Positions 25,640 to 39,447 of a stretch of 64,000 nucleotides of DNA are shown here, in pieces; positions within the stretch are counted from its first letter, which is position 1, and the number at the start of each line of letters is the position of its first letter. Origin of the DNA: Octopus sinensis (lineage: Eukaryota); contig NC_043005.1 in NCBI RefSeq assembly GCF_006345805.1, positions 29,140,001 through 29,204,000 of the forward strand, given 5' to 3'. The notes under the pieces were generated by a model. The model saw nothing but the letters and a program-made list of their open reading frames with translations. It was not told the origin of the DNA and ran no database searches. The position numbers and the translations under genes are program-made.

Positions 25640-25852
25640 TTTCTACTCTAGGCACATGGCCTGAAATTTTTGGGGAGGGAGCCAGTCGATTAGATCAACC
25701 CCAGTATGCAACTGGTACTTAATTTATCAACCCCAGAAGGATGAAAGGCAAAGTCAACCTCGGTGGAATTTGGACTCAGAACGTAAAGACAGATGAAATA
25801 CCGCTAAGCATTTTGCCTTGCATGCTAATGTTTCTGCCAGCTCGCCACCTTA
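25640..25852 (-). mobile_element. SINE family A
   Basis: Full reverse-complement copy ending at tgccagctcgccacctt. Confidence 0.85.
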
Positions 25853-26263
25853 ATAAGATGACATTTCTTCAAGAAACCAAGGAATTTCCAAGGTGAAAGA
25901 AAGATGTGTTTGGTATTTCCATGACTGAAAGGTTAATAAAATCCTACATCAAAAATAATGTCAGTTAGCTGTTCCATAGGTGAAGTTTTTATGATAGTTG
26001 CTGGCAGCAAAGGATAATTAAAATTACCTGTTATCCATTTTTATAATTACTCTGCCTTATGTTTAAATGATAAATTATAAATTAAATCTTTTTCAATAAT
26101 GCCATATGTTTTGTTTGTTCATTACCTGTTTTCATGTATATCTACCTGCTCAATGATGAACCACTTCTAGCCACCTTTGATAGGCAATTTCAGCATCACT
26201 GTTCCAGCTGCAGTTCCAGATGCAGTTTTAGTGGAAAACCAAACTGAGAAGTCATTACAGTTC

Positions 26264-26574
26264 TATATTTAAGAGATGAGGAATTATTTATATTATTTAC
26301 ATTATTTACATTTGACGGATATTTGTCCTCATCGTGTTTATTGTTAACACAACATTTTGGCTGATATACCCTCCAGCCTTCATCAGGTGTCTTGGGGGAA
26401 ATTTTGAACCTGGGTTCTCATTCGATGTTATTAATATTATTAGGAATGAGAATCCAGGTTCGAAATTTCCCCAAGACACCTGATGAAGGGTGGAGTGTAT
26501 ATTAGGTGAAACGCTGTGTTAACAACGAACAGGATGAGGACAAATATCTATCAAATGTAAATAATGTAAATAAT
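26264..26574. mobile_element. Palindromic Penelope-like (inverted pseudo-LTR) element with two opposed hammerhead motifs
   Basis: Arms 26292-26423 and 26444-26574 are inverted repeats. gacac-CTGATGA...GAAAC at 26475-26520(+) is mirrored at 26346-26391(-). Flanks tgagaagtcattacagttc and tgaggagtcattgcagtgc resemble a TSD. Confidence 0.75.
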
Positions 26575-26627
26575 GAGGAGTCATTGCAGTGCATTACATC
26601 GCTTGCTGAAATATTTTGTATAAATGC

Positions 26628-26663
<36 letters not shown>

Positions 26664-27145
26664 TGTATGTATGTGTGTGTGTGTGTGTGTGTGTGCATGC
26701 TGGCGAATGTGCATATAAGTGTGTATGTGTGCGTATGAATGCATGTATGTGTGTGTGTATGTATGTGTGTGTGTGTATGTATGTGCGTGTATGTATGTAT
26801 GCATATATGTGTGTGTGAGTGTGCATGTGTGCGAGTGTGCATGTATGTGTGTGCATGTATGTATGTGTTTGTGTATGTATGTGTGTATGTATGTATGTCT
26901 GTGTATGTGTGTGAATGTGTGTGTATATATGAATGAATGTATGTGAGTGTATGTATGAGTGCGTGTGTATGTGTGTGCGTGTGTTTCCACACACATACAC
27001 ATTGCATAATGGCCTCTTTCATGTATTGTTCAAATGATATTTTCTCACATAACACATTTCTTTCAAATATTAATTTATTGTTTTATTCATTGTCATTCTT
27101 AATATTTGAAAAAAATTCATGCTCAACACACACATGCACACACAC

Positions 27146-27192
<47 letters not shown>

Positions 27193-27474
27193 ACACACAC
27201 ACACACACACACGCACGAACACAAATATAAATTTGTGAAGATGTTCATTGAATAAACGAATGGCATATTTTAATAGTTTCAGAGTTTCATAGGAATTTTC
27301 TGTGTTACTTCAAAAGTGAAATAAGAGTGATATGAAAAAGGAAAGATCTTGGCAGCTTTCTCAAGTGTTTTAATGCAGAGAAGTTTGCTTCAGTACACAC
27401 TGCAGTGCAGCATAAAGCTTGAAAAATATTTTGGGCTTTCCTAATTATGGATTTGCAGAACCTCAATTTATATG

Positions 27475-27504
<30 letters not shown>

Positions 27505-27507
<3 letters not shown>

Positions 27508-27700
27508 GGGAGAGTTTATGAAAAAAACAAAAGACGAAGACAGGTGGTGTACAAAACAAATAGATGTATTAGTATAATGCTAAGGAATAGAAAGAGTCTT
27601 TTATGTTTCAAGCCTATGCTCTTCTACAGAAAGGGACACAGAAAAAACAAGGAGAGAAACAAGGAGAGAAAAAAATGTGTGTAATGGCTAATGATCTATC
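27505..27700 (-). mobile_element. Short Penelope-like element with variant hammerhead core, within a (TATC)n tract
   Basis: Minus strand ccttt-CTGTAGA-a-gagc atag gctt-GAAA-cata-aaaga. Homologous to 62697-62890, 7880-8010 and 8895-9030. Confidence 0.6.
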
Positions 27701-27707
27701 ATGGCGA

Positions 27708-27769
<62 letters not shown>

Positions 27770-28427
27770 GTCTATCTGTCTGTCTGTCTGCCTGCCTACC
27801 TGCCTGTCTGTCTATCTGTCTGTCTGTCTGTCTATCTATATACACATATGTATATGTATATATATGTATAAGTATATATATACACGCACACACACATATA
27901 TATGTTTGTATGTATATATAACGATAAAGCTTACTTGGAAATGGATGCGTGGCATTCAATCAAATAATAATATAAATAATATATATATGCATATATACAC
28001 ACACATATATACATACAAACATATGTATATATATATGTGTGTGTATATGGGTAAAGGACATCACAAAACATAAACAACATGAAATACAAAAATAATATGT
28101 GTGTATATCATCCTCCTCATCATCATCATTTAACGTCTGCTTTCCATGCTAGCATGGGTTGGACGATTTGACTGAGGGCTGGCGAACCAGATGACTACAC
28201 CAGGTTCCAATCTTGATCTGGTAGAGTTTCTACAGCTTGATGCCCTTCCTAACGCCAACCACTCTGAGAGTGTAGTGGGTGCTTTTACTTGCCACTGGCA
28301 TGAGGGCCAGTGAGGTGGTACTGGCAGCGGCTTTTAACAAAGAATAATATATGCAGCATCCACTAAATGTGTCAAGAACCTCTTTCATTCGTTTCTCCAC
28401 TCAGTTGTATACATATCTATCCAACTC

Positions 28428-28505
<78 letters not shown>

Positions 28506-28784
28506 CATCCATCTATCTGTCTGTCTACCTGTCTGTCTACCTGTCTGTCTACCTGTCTGTCTATCTGTCTATCTATCTAGATCAGTATGTATGTATACAT
28601 ATAAGCAGTTTTTCTTCAGTCAAATTCCATTTTCACAGCATTGATCAGCCTCTAAAGTCTATTACAAGAGACATTTGTGGTGGGATCAAACTGGTTGTGA
28701 GGTGAGTTTGTTGTTTATGCATCTACTCTTGAGCCTGTATCAATTAACCATTGACTAATATTGCTTTTACTCACCATGTCATCA

Positions 28785-29002
28785 TCATCAACATCGTTAT
28801 CATCATCATCATCATCATCGTCATTGTCGTCGTCATCATCATCATCATCATTGTCATCATCGTCATCGTCATTGTCATTATTGTCATTATTGTCATTGTT
28901 GTTACATCATCATCATCATCATCATTATCCTCCTCCTCCATCATCATCATCGTTCTCTTCCTCTTCATTCTCATCATCTTTGTTGTCAGTACCACCACCA
29001 CC

Positions 29003-29036
<34 letters not shown>

Positions 29037-29115
29037 TTGTCTTCCTCCTCATTCTCATCATCTTTGTTGTCACCACCAACACCACCACCACCACCGCCAC
29101 CATCATCATCATCTT
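28785..29115. repeat. Compound (CAT)n/(CAC)n microsatellite
   Basis: Visible triplet runs. Similar tracts at 30285-30670, 49180-49780 and 59775-60260. Confidence 0.9.
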
Positions 29116-31007
29116 TTAATGCCTTTCTTTCCTGCTAGTACAGGTTGAATGACTTTACAGTATCAGACAGGTCCAAGAACTGCATCTATCTCCAAAAACT
29201 CTTTTGGTATGACTCCGGTTTCCATAACTGGACGGCCCTTTCTATCACCAATCATTTTACAGAGTGTACTGGGTGCTTTTTTGTGGGACCAGCACTAGTG
29301 AGGTCACCATGTGGCTCACAAGACCAAGATTACCTTTGATTGAGGGTAGGTACAGTATCAAGGGATGCAGCTTCATGCAGGGTAAGAAGGGGTTAAAGTA
29401 TGAAAGAAGGAGCTGAAGTAGGTTTCTTGCTGTGAAGGAGTGACATGGCTGTTTGCATTACAGAAGGAATAATCTAAGAGGAGGTGAAAAGAGAGATAAT
29501 AGAATGGGGATGAAGTGTCAAGGCAGACCCTGTTGGTAGAAGAAGGTGAATAGAAGTGATTGGCGTCAGGAGAGGAAATGTGGGCAGACAGAAGTTGCAA
29601 GAGTGTATGGAGAAGGCGAGGGGGGGGGGTCAGCATCTTAATGTTGTATGTATTAAATGTGTTGACATTAAATTGTGTACTAATGCTCGTTCAGTAAATA
29701 ATAGTTCAAGAAAGTAGTTCCTTTAGTGAACTGTCTTAATCACGTTCTCAAGGAAGCAGTTTTATGAGAAAATAGTCCCTCAAAGTTAATTGTCCCTTAA
29801 GGAAACAATCTCAAAAGGAAAAGTAGTTTCTTGAGAATGAGCAAAAAAGTAGTTGAAGAGGTAAATATAATTTGAGAGATTAACTGATGTGAAAACAGTT
29901 CTCTTGGTAAAGAAACTGTTCCATTTAAAGACAGTCAAATTCTATTGCTGTGGCGACACAAGACTCTCTCTGTCTCTCTCTCTCTTCCCCCTCTCTCTCT
30001 CCCCTCCCTCTGTGTGTGTCATACAGAACTAATTATATATTCTTCAATCTTTCTATGTCACCTTCGCATGTTATAAATAAGAACACTTGAAAAGTCTATT
30101 TCCTTTGTCACTTAGAAAAATATTAATTCTCTTCAAATATACACCTTCACACACACACACACACACACGCACACACGTGCACACACACATGTATACACAT
30201 GGATACACTCAGATGTATATGTTTGTGAGTGAGTGTGTATATATGTCTTTGTGTATGTATGTATATACACAAATACATGCATATATCATCATCACTCTCA
30301 CTATTGCTGCTGCTGCTGATGCCATCATCATTGTCATCATCATCATCATTTTGCTATCACTACCACTACCACCACCACTGCTACCCCCTCCACCAACAAC
30401 ACCATCCTCCTCCTCACCACCGCCACCACCACCACCACCGCCACCACCACCACCACCACCACCACCACCACCACCACCACCACCACCACCACCACCACCA
30501 CCACCCACCACACCACCACCACACCACCACCACCACCACACCACCACCATCATCACCATCATCGTCGTCATCATTTTTCCACCACCACCACCACCACCAC
30601 CACCATCACCATCATCGTCGTCATCATTTTTCCACCCCCACCCCCACCACTACCACCACCATCATTGTCATCAACATTGTTTTACATTCTCTTTTCCATG
30701 TTGTGATGGGTTGGACAGGTTTTCTGAGTCACTGTGTTATGGCCGTGTACCATTTCTGTTGCCGACCCTTTTAGACACCCCTTATGACATGAAGGTACAT
30801 GATATACTTACTCTAAAGCTTGGATAGGCAGAGTTCACACACACACACACACACACACATCCACATATGCATACATAGAAGAACAAGCACTTTCTTACAC
30901 ATACACACACGTACACATGCTAACATACATACACAGAAATACACGTAGATACATGCACAATCACACATAAGAACACACATATATACACAAACACCTGATG
31001 ATGATGA

Positions 31008-31075
<68 letters not shown>

Positions 31076-31104
31076 CACATATATATATACATATATATAT
31101 ATAT

Positions 31105-33020
31105 GTCATCATCATCATCATCGTTTAACATCCATTTTTCACACTAGAATGAGTTAGACAGTTTGACCGTGGTCTGGGAAGCCAGGAGGCTGCGTCAGGC
31201 TCCAGTCTGATCTGGCAGTTTTTCTACAGTTTTTCCACAGAGGAGGCTGGCAATGGCCATGATTGCTTAGTGTTTTTCATGTGCCACCGGCATGGAATCC
31301 AGTCAAGGTGGCGCTGGCATTGGCCACACTTGGATGGTGCTTTTTATGTACCACTGGCACGGGTATCACAACTACAATTTCCATTTGATTCTTATTTTGA
31401 TGTTGATGTACTTGACTCTATAGGTCTCCTCAAGCACAGCAGGTCGCCCTACGATCAAAAAGGTACTTTTGAATGAGCTGGGGCTGGTTATGTGAAACTG
31501 GTGTAGGATACAGCCGTGAACTCACTTTATTTGTCAGGTCTTCACAGTCACAGCATATCTCCAGAGGTCTTGGCCTTTCGTCATTGCCTCTGTGAGGCCC
31601 AATGATTGAAGGTCATGCTTGACCACCTCATCCCATGTCTTCCTGGCTCTACTTCTGCTCTGGATTCCTTCAACTGTTTGAGAGTGGCACTTCTTCACAC
31701 ATCTCTCCTCATCCATCTGTAGTACATGACCATACCAGCGCAAACGTCTCTCATGCACACCACATCCGATGCTTCTTATGTCCAACTTTTCTCTCAGGGC
31801 GCTTACACTCAGTCATGTGTGTACACTTACATTACACATCCAGAGGATCATGTTAACTTCATTTCTTTCGAGCCTATGCATGCCCTCCACAGTCACGGCC
31901 CATGTTTCACTGTAAAGCATGGTAGTTTGCACACATGCGTCATACAATCTACCTTTCACTTTGAGCAAGAGGCCCTTTGTCACCAGTAGGGTAAAATCTT
32001 TCTAAACTTTGCTCAGGCTATTCTTATTCTAGTGCTAACACTCTCTGACAATCCACTGCCACTACTAACTTGGTCACCTATGTAGCGGAAGCTATCAACT
32101 ACTTCTAGTTTCTCCCCCTGGAGTGTGATGGAGTCTGTTTTCTGAGCATCTGTGGTGTTTATTGCCCCTGTGCATCTGCCACACATGAAAGCTGTCTTCT
32201 TTATTAATCTTGATGTTGCTGCATGTCTTATGTGTCCATAGCTTACACTGGGTACGTCTTATGGATTTTCTACCTACACCTTTTCTACAGATTGAGCAGG
32301 GCCACCTACCTGAGGGTGTGTGTGTGTGTGATGAGTTCGCCTTCCTACTTACTAGAACTTTGATCTTTGCTACATTGACTCTAAGGCCTTTTGATTCTAA
32401 ACCTTGCTTCCATACCCGGAATTTCTTTTCTAGTTCCAGTAGTGATTCTGCTATGAGGGCCAGGTCATCAGCATAGAGGAGCTGCCAGGGGCAACCCATC
32501 TTGAATTGTTATTGCCTGGAGGACTATGATGAATAAAAGGGGACTGAGGGCTGAACCTTGGTGGACCCCTACTTCTACCTGGATTTCTTCACTATACTCA
32601 TTGCTAATCCTAACCTTACTAACAGCCTCTCTTTATAGGGCCTCTTCAGCCCTTATTAAACATTCGTCAATCTCCAGTTTCTGCATTGCCAACCAGATAA
32701 GGGACCGGGGGACCCTGTCAAAGGCTTTCTTCAAGTCCACAAAAGCTAAGTATAGGGGTTTATCTTTAGCTAAGTATTTCTCCTGCAGTTGTTGAACCAG
32801 GAATATGGCATCAGTGGTTCTTCTACCTGGAACAAAACTGAAGTGTATCTCATCTAGGCAGACTCTCTCTCTAATGAGATGGGCTATGACCCTCTCTGTG
32901 ACCTTCATCACCTGATCCAGCAGTTTGATACCCCTGTAGTTATTTCTATCTAGAGCATCACCTTTACCCTTGTAGCAGTTGACTATAGTGCTGCTACGCC
33001 AATCATTGTGTATGACTCCA
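31105..33020 (-). mobile_element. RTE-clade LINE (family 1), 5'-truncated RT pseudogene plus 3' UTR
   Basis: FVPGRRTTDAIFLVQQLQEKYL..AFVDLKKAFDRVPR, LLYADDLALIA, RRLRWYGHV. The (gat)n tail is at ~31105. Confidence 0.95.
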
Positions 33021-33055
33021 TCATGAACTACCTGGTTTACAATGTGGGCGACTAG

Positions 33056-33113
<58 letters not shown>

Positions 33114-33245
33114 TATTTGTTTTGGAGTCTCGCAATACCATGTACGCCTATGAGGATTTACTTTCCCAATGAAACTCGGTTTTTTCTCAAACTTTTTCTC
33201 AAACCTGTTATAATGTGATACATGTCCTTGGTGTAGTAATTGTAC

Positions 33246-33332
33246 GTGGCTGAAGAAGGCTTTTGATCTACCTGTTATATCAATTATGCATTGATATAAG
33301 TTGTTCAATAAAGCCCGAAACATATGTACCGC
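33246..33332 (+). ncRNA. Minimal type I hammerhead motif in a ~310-bp element embedded in (TA)n
   Basis: gtgg-CTGAAGA-aggcttt[...]aaagccc-GAAA-C-ATAT-G-TA-ccgc. Confidence 0.7.
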
Positions 33333-33500
33333 AAACTCCTTTGCGTCCTGTTTTTCTTTTGATACATATATATATGTATATACATATTCATATACTGTTG
33401 AACCCTGGGAGGAGCAGACCAAATAAAAAGTACACACATATATAAATATATATATATATATATGCATATATATACATATATATTTAGAAATGTATGTTTG

Positions 33501-33538
<38 letters not shown>

Positions 33539-33711
33539 CGTATAGACATATGCATAAACACATACATGACAGACACACACACACACAATGGCAAGGTATG
33601 AATAAAATTTAAATATTGACAATGTCATACATAATTATCGACTGTGTGTTTATGTGAATCACCGTTTAACATTGACCTCACTTTATATTAATAATTAAGA
33701 GAATATCGATA

Positions 33712-33742
<31 letters not shown>

Positions 33743-33755
33743 ATAGAGAGAGAAC

Positions 33756-33790
<35 letters not shown>

Positions 33791-35102
33791 CATACATGCC
33801 TACATACATACACACATACAATGCACATTTATATTTAACTACAGACATGCATACAGGCATGGATATATACAATGTACATACACAAACACGTACATATATA
33901 TATACACTTACTAACAAACACACACACACGCATATATATGCATACGTATACTTATATATGTATACATGCATACATATGTTCATACACATACGAAATATGG
34001 AAAACATTCAAGAAGGCCAATGTGAAATAGGATCCATAATCTGCAATGTTACCCATCGCTGTCTCCATATCTACATGTGTACAAACATATTTATATGCAG
34101 ACATGTTTACACACACACACACACACACATGTACACACACATATATGCCTGCATGCATACATATATATACATGCAAGATTACCCTGTTTAATGTTGCCTA
34201 AATTCCAATGAAAGAGCCTGGTGTCTAGGCTAGAAAACCAATTATTTCTCTAGTGATGAATAATTTGAAAAATAAATGAGGAAAATTTATATAAACACCC
34301 CCCTCCACACACATACATACACACAATACATATATGTCAATGACTGCCTCTTTCTCACTGAGTGTGTGCGTGTATGTGTGTGTGTGTATATATATAAATG
34401 AAAGAATGGAGTCGAATGATGATTTAACAAAATTCCTTTAAACAGTATCCTTGAGATCCGGCTACCTTAACCGATACCGCAAATGGAGTTGTTCGACATT
34501 AACGCATCCCTTAAGGACATACCAATACCACCGAAAGAAACCTTCCTTAAGGAAATTGTTAACAAAACAAATGCATTTATTGCCCTTAGCATGTAGCTTC
34601 AACCATGTTTTCTGACGTAAATTTGCTACCCGGGTATCGGTTAACCGAATTATCCATACTAGGATAATTCACTCAACTACTTATATATATACATATATAT
34701 ATATGTAGGTCCCGGGTTGATTCGGGGTTAACCACAGTAAATAAGGTACTCAATACATAGCAGAGTAAAATTAATTTATTATATAGAAGGAGCTTCTACA
34801 GGACTAGAACTGTTTCATTCAAGAGAAATCTTCAGGAAGCTAGTTAACAAGAATTGTATTGGCATTTATACATTTAGGCAGGTTTATAGGGGTGGTGGTG
34901 GGGGACTTTTTGGGGGTAGGCATAGCGCAAAAAAATCATACTTGGGGGAGTGGTCAAGGAGTCAGTGGTAAATTAGATAGAAGAATAAATAAAAGAATAA
35001 AAAAAGAATAAAAAAAAAATTATATAGAAGAATAGAGTTTTAGGTAAATAAGGAAATTCTCAACACACACACATATACATACACACATACATACACACAC
35101 AC

Positions 35103-35151
<49 letters not shown>

Positions 35152-35416
35152 TATACATACATATATCTACACACATATATATCCATATATATATATATAT
35201 ACATATACATATACATACATACACATATACATGCATATACATATACACACACACATGTATATATACACACACACGACCACACATACACACAAAAAAATAT
35301 ATATACATACACACACATACACATACTCACATACACACACATATCCACATACACACATGCACACACAACACACAAGTCCCTATATACTCATATATACATA
35401 TACACATATATGTATG

Positions 35417-35463
<47 letters not shown>

Positions 35464-35859
35464 TATATATATATATATACATACATATGTGTACCCATTC
35501 ATACACATATATGTATGTATACACACACACACACATACACATATATACACATACATACATACATATGTGTACCTATTCATACCTACACATACACACATAT
35601 ATACATACAATTACAAACCCATTCCCTAATTTTAATTTTATTATCTTCATTTATTACTTTTGTTATCTTTGACCGCTGGTCACAAACATCTTGGCTAGTC
35701 CCTTTTATCTTTCTACTTGAGCACAAGCACTCACTCACGCACGCACACTCATTAGCACGCACACACACTCTCATTCGTACACTCATACACATACACGCAC
35801 GCACGCGTTATATTCATACATACATACATCTACATACATACACGTATATACACATACAT

Positions 35860-37600
35860 TGCTTGAGGATATCTTTGTTGGGGACATGATTCTGCCATTT
35901 GATGCGAAGGATTTTCCGGAGGCAGCGCAGGTGAAAGATATTTAGGCGACGTATGGCGTCATATGGCGTGTGTATGGCGTTCAAGTCTCACTTCCATACA
36001 GTAGAGTGCTAAGTACACATGCCTGGTAAATCTTCATTTTTGTGGTCTTGGTCAGCTTATTGTTGTCCCATGCCCGTTTGGAGAGTTGGGCCATCACAGC
36101 AGCTGCCTTGCCAAAGCGTATATTGAGCTCAGTATCAAGGGATAGGTTGTAGGTGACGGTAGAGCCAAGATAGGTAAACTTCTCCACCTCCTGTAGTCTG
36201 TGGTCTCCAATATGTATGTTTGGGATGGTCGATGTAGCCTGACCCATGATGTTGGTCTTCTTGAGGCTAATAAATAAGCCAAAGTTGCCACATGCTTGCT
36301 CAAAACAGTTGATGAGCCTTTATAGGGCTTCTGTGTGTCATACCAGAGCGGCATCATCAGCAAATAGCATCTTCTTGATCAGGACACTTCTGATTTTGGT
36401 CTTGTCACGCAGACGCGAGAGATTGAACAGTTTTCTATCACTTCTACTGTGCAGAAACACTACATCATCTGATGTCACAAAGGCATGTGACAGCAGCAGC
36501 GAGAAGATGCCAAATAATGTAGGAGCAAGGACACAACCTTGCTTTACCCCATTTTTTATTTGGAAGGCGGCTGATGTTGAACCATTGTGCTGTATGGTGC
36601 CTTGCATATCATCATGGAAAGATGTGATGATCCTCAGCAGCTTTGGTGGACATCCGATTTTTTGGAGCAGGATTAAGAGGCCTTTTCTACTTACCAAGTC
36701 AAAGGCCTTTGTCAGATCAATGAAGGCCTTATATAATGGCATTTTCTGCTCCCTGGACTTCTCCTGAAGTTGGCGTATGGAGAATATCATGTCAGTAGTT
36801 GATCTGCTTCTAAAGCCACACTGCGATTCTGGATAAATTCGAGAAGCAAGCAGTTGCAGCCTGGACAGGATAATGCGAGCAGAGGCCTTTCCAACAGTGC
36901 TTAGAAGAGATATTCCACGGTAATTGTTACAATCATCACGGTCACCTTTGTTTTTGTAAAGCGTAATGATGTTAGCATCTCGCATATCCTGAGGGACTGT
37001 ACCCTCTTCCCAGCACTGACAGAGAAGCTCATGAATGTGCCGAAGCAGGATGGTGTTTTTGCCGGTTTTGATGATCTCTTCGAGTGACTTTATAGAAGAA
37101 TCACTCTTGTATTACATCAGAGCTGCACGCTTTGTTTCGATAACTGTTTCCAGCTCTGAGAGCCCAGCACTGAACAAAATCTGGGTTTTGCCTTTCTCTC
37201 ATGCCGAAAGTATCTATTGATGTGGTATACAAAGCTTCCCTGATATAATTCCACCTACTTTCAGCAGAGGTGGTTGGGCAGCTACTGAGGGCAACTTTGA
37301 TAGAAACAGCAAAACATTGTCGCAGTGTAGGGTCGGAGGTTCTGGCAGTGTTAATGCGTGGTCGGCCCATTTTCTTGGAGTGATAGACTTTTTAGGCAGA
37401 ATCCTCACCCTACTTCTTATTAGTGAATGATCTGTGTCACAATCCGCGCTGTAGTGACTACGAGTCAGTTGAACATAATTCAGAAAGGGTCTTCGTGTAA
37501 TGATGAGATCCATTGGCAAAGAATGTGTTAGTGATGCACAGGTTATGGTATGTGCAAATTCAAGTAGTCTCTGGCCATTGTCATTCATGTTGCCAATACC
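35860..37600 (-). mobile_element. RTE/BovB-like LINE (family 2) pseudogene: APE C-terminus plus RT
   Basis: [95 protein letters not shown]. Confidence 0.95.
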
Positions 37601-37673
37601 AAAACACATACACTTACATATATACATACATATATATACGATCGATTTGTTTCAGTTCCTGTCTGCGAAATCC

Positions 37674-37789
<116 letters not shown>

Positions 37790-38317
37790 TGCATACACAC
37801 TCATACATACATATATATTTGGAATTTACAAAAGAAACGAACAAAAGACAAAGACTGGTGTGTAAACAGTAAACAGGTTTATTAGTTTTCTTAAACATTA
37901 AAATATAATTTTTTAGAATATAAAAGCTTTTTGAAAATACGGTCCGATTAGATCATTAGATCCAATGAACACTTATGCACAAACCTGTAATTTTAAATTA
38001 TTTTTTTATAGTAGAGAGTGGAATATTCCCATTGGCTATTATTTGCATGATTAACTAAAGTTAACCTTTCAATGAATTTCATTTCTTATTTAAACGTGGT
38101 TTAAAAATCTGTCACTTATTCATCGATACTCAAAAACTGAACTTTCACACCAACTGAATACTCACCATGTAGTGCCGTCGGTTTGTTTGTTGAACTCTAC
38201 TACTTAGGTGTGTGTGAATTTGCTTCTGTGATTATTGTTATTTGTTACTGTGAATATTATTATTGGTTTTCAAAAAAAAAAAAAGAACTGTTAATTGCTT
38301 TCTTTGAAAGCTAATTC

Positions 38318-39427
38318 TTGAAATTCCCCCATGCGGGGGAATTATTGTTATTCTGTGGCTATTTAAACCATTTTTGTGAAAAGGCTTCTGAAGCCATCTC
38401 TTGCGAAAGGCTTTTTAAGCCAATTTTTGAAAGGCTTTTTAGCCAACTCATTATAGAAACACCAATTTCCTACTCACCTGTGTCAGGTGAAGAAGACAGT
38501 CCACCGGCGATAACGCCAGAAAAACAAAAGGGAAATACACCAGCTACCCCACCAAAGAAATTTGCAGAGGTAGCGGGAAAAAAAGTGAAGAAAATAAATA
38601 CAGAAAGGTCCAACGTGGAGAAATATACACACGTATTAAAAAGGAATGGAACAGAAATAACAGTAGCTGCAACAGAGGAAGAGACAGATGCTGTAAACAG
38701 GATAAGAATAATTTATAAAACATACAGCATAGAAAAGAAAATGATACAACGAATTGAAGAGAGCAAAGTAGAAAAGTGCCTCAAAGCAATCTTACCGGAA
38801 ATCACATACATCAACCGAGGAAAAAGATTCGGTACGGTGGAGGTAAGATTCAGAACGGAGGAGGCAGCAAAGAGGTTCTCGTCAGAGACATTGAGATCAG
38901 AGGAGATGGTTCTTCTCCCAATATATATGGGAAGAAGAACCTCAAAAATAAATATAAATAATATCCCCCCTGAGGTTGATGCCACTTGCTTAGTGGCAGC
39001 AATAACCCTAGGCCTGGAGGAGAAAATAAATATTCTCGAGGCCTCAGTGGTAGAGGAAGACCGGTGGAAAGGCCAGAGTTTGACAATGGCAATTCAAGCC
39101 GAGGTGACTACACTCGAGGAAATCCCAGAAACCATAAATGTTGGCGGAGGAGAGCGACTCATAGTCCACGTAGAAGGCAGAAAGCCGAGGTGCTTCAACT
39201 GCGGATTGAAGGGCCATATAAGGGCCGATTGCCCACCAAAAGAAAAGGAAAGAAGGGAGGAAGCACCGGAGGAGACAACAGCGATACCAACAGAAGCACC
39301 AGTACCAACACCTAAAGTTGTATCACCAACAACGGAAGAAAGTGAAGAGAAAGACAGGAGGGTTGGTCGAAATTTTCTAAGAAAAAGAAAAACAAAACAC
39401 AGTCCACCCCTCCCAAAGGGAATTTAA
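38318..39427 (+). CDS. Tx1/L1-type ORF1 (gag-like): RRM-like region plus CCHC zinc knuckle; true start uncertain
   Basis: 369 stop-free codons of complex sequence. GTVEVRFRTEEAAK and ININNIPPEV are RRM-like. VEGRKPR-CFNCGLKGHIRADC is CX2CX4HX4C (39191-39232). The tracked start is TTG; the first in-frame ATG is at 38741. Confidence 0.75.
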   Translation: MKFPHAGELLLFCGYLNHFCEKASEAISCERLFKPIFERLFSQLIIETPISYSPVSGEEDSPPAITPEKQKGNTPATPPKKFAEVAGKKVKKINTERSNVEKYTHVLKRNGTEITVAATEEETDAVNRIRIIYKTYSIEKKMIQRIEESKVEKCLKAILPEITYINRGKRFGTVEVRFRTEEAAKRFSSETLRSEEMVLLPIYMGRRTSKININNIPPEVDATCLVAAITLGLEEKINILEASVVEEDRWKGQSLTMAIQAEVTTLEEIPETINVGGGERLIVHVEGRKPRCFNCGLKGHIRADCPPKEKERREEAPEETTAIPTEAPVPTPKVVSPTTEESEEKDRRVGRNFLRKRKTKHSPPLPKGI

Positions 39428-39447
39428 AAAAGAAAGAAAACACATAC

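Noticed and set aside
26150-26263. Exon-like unique segment before the palindrome
   Set aside because: No matching acceptor and donor pair with an open frame on either strand.
34204-34245. ccaatga-aagagcct...aggcta-GAAA-ccaatt hammerhead-like layout
   Set aside because: The core reads CCAATGA rather than CTGANGA and stem I is absent; too degenerate to call.
39415-39427. Programmed -1 frameshift at A-AAG-GGA
   Set aside because: Non-canonical slippery heptamer with no clear downstream structure. An indel in the A-rich tract is simpler.
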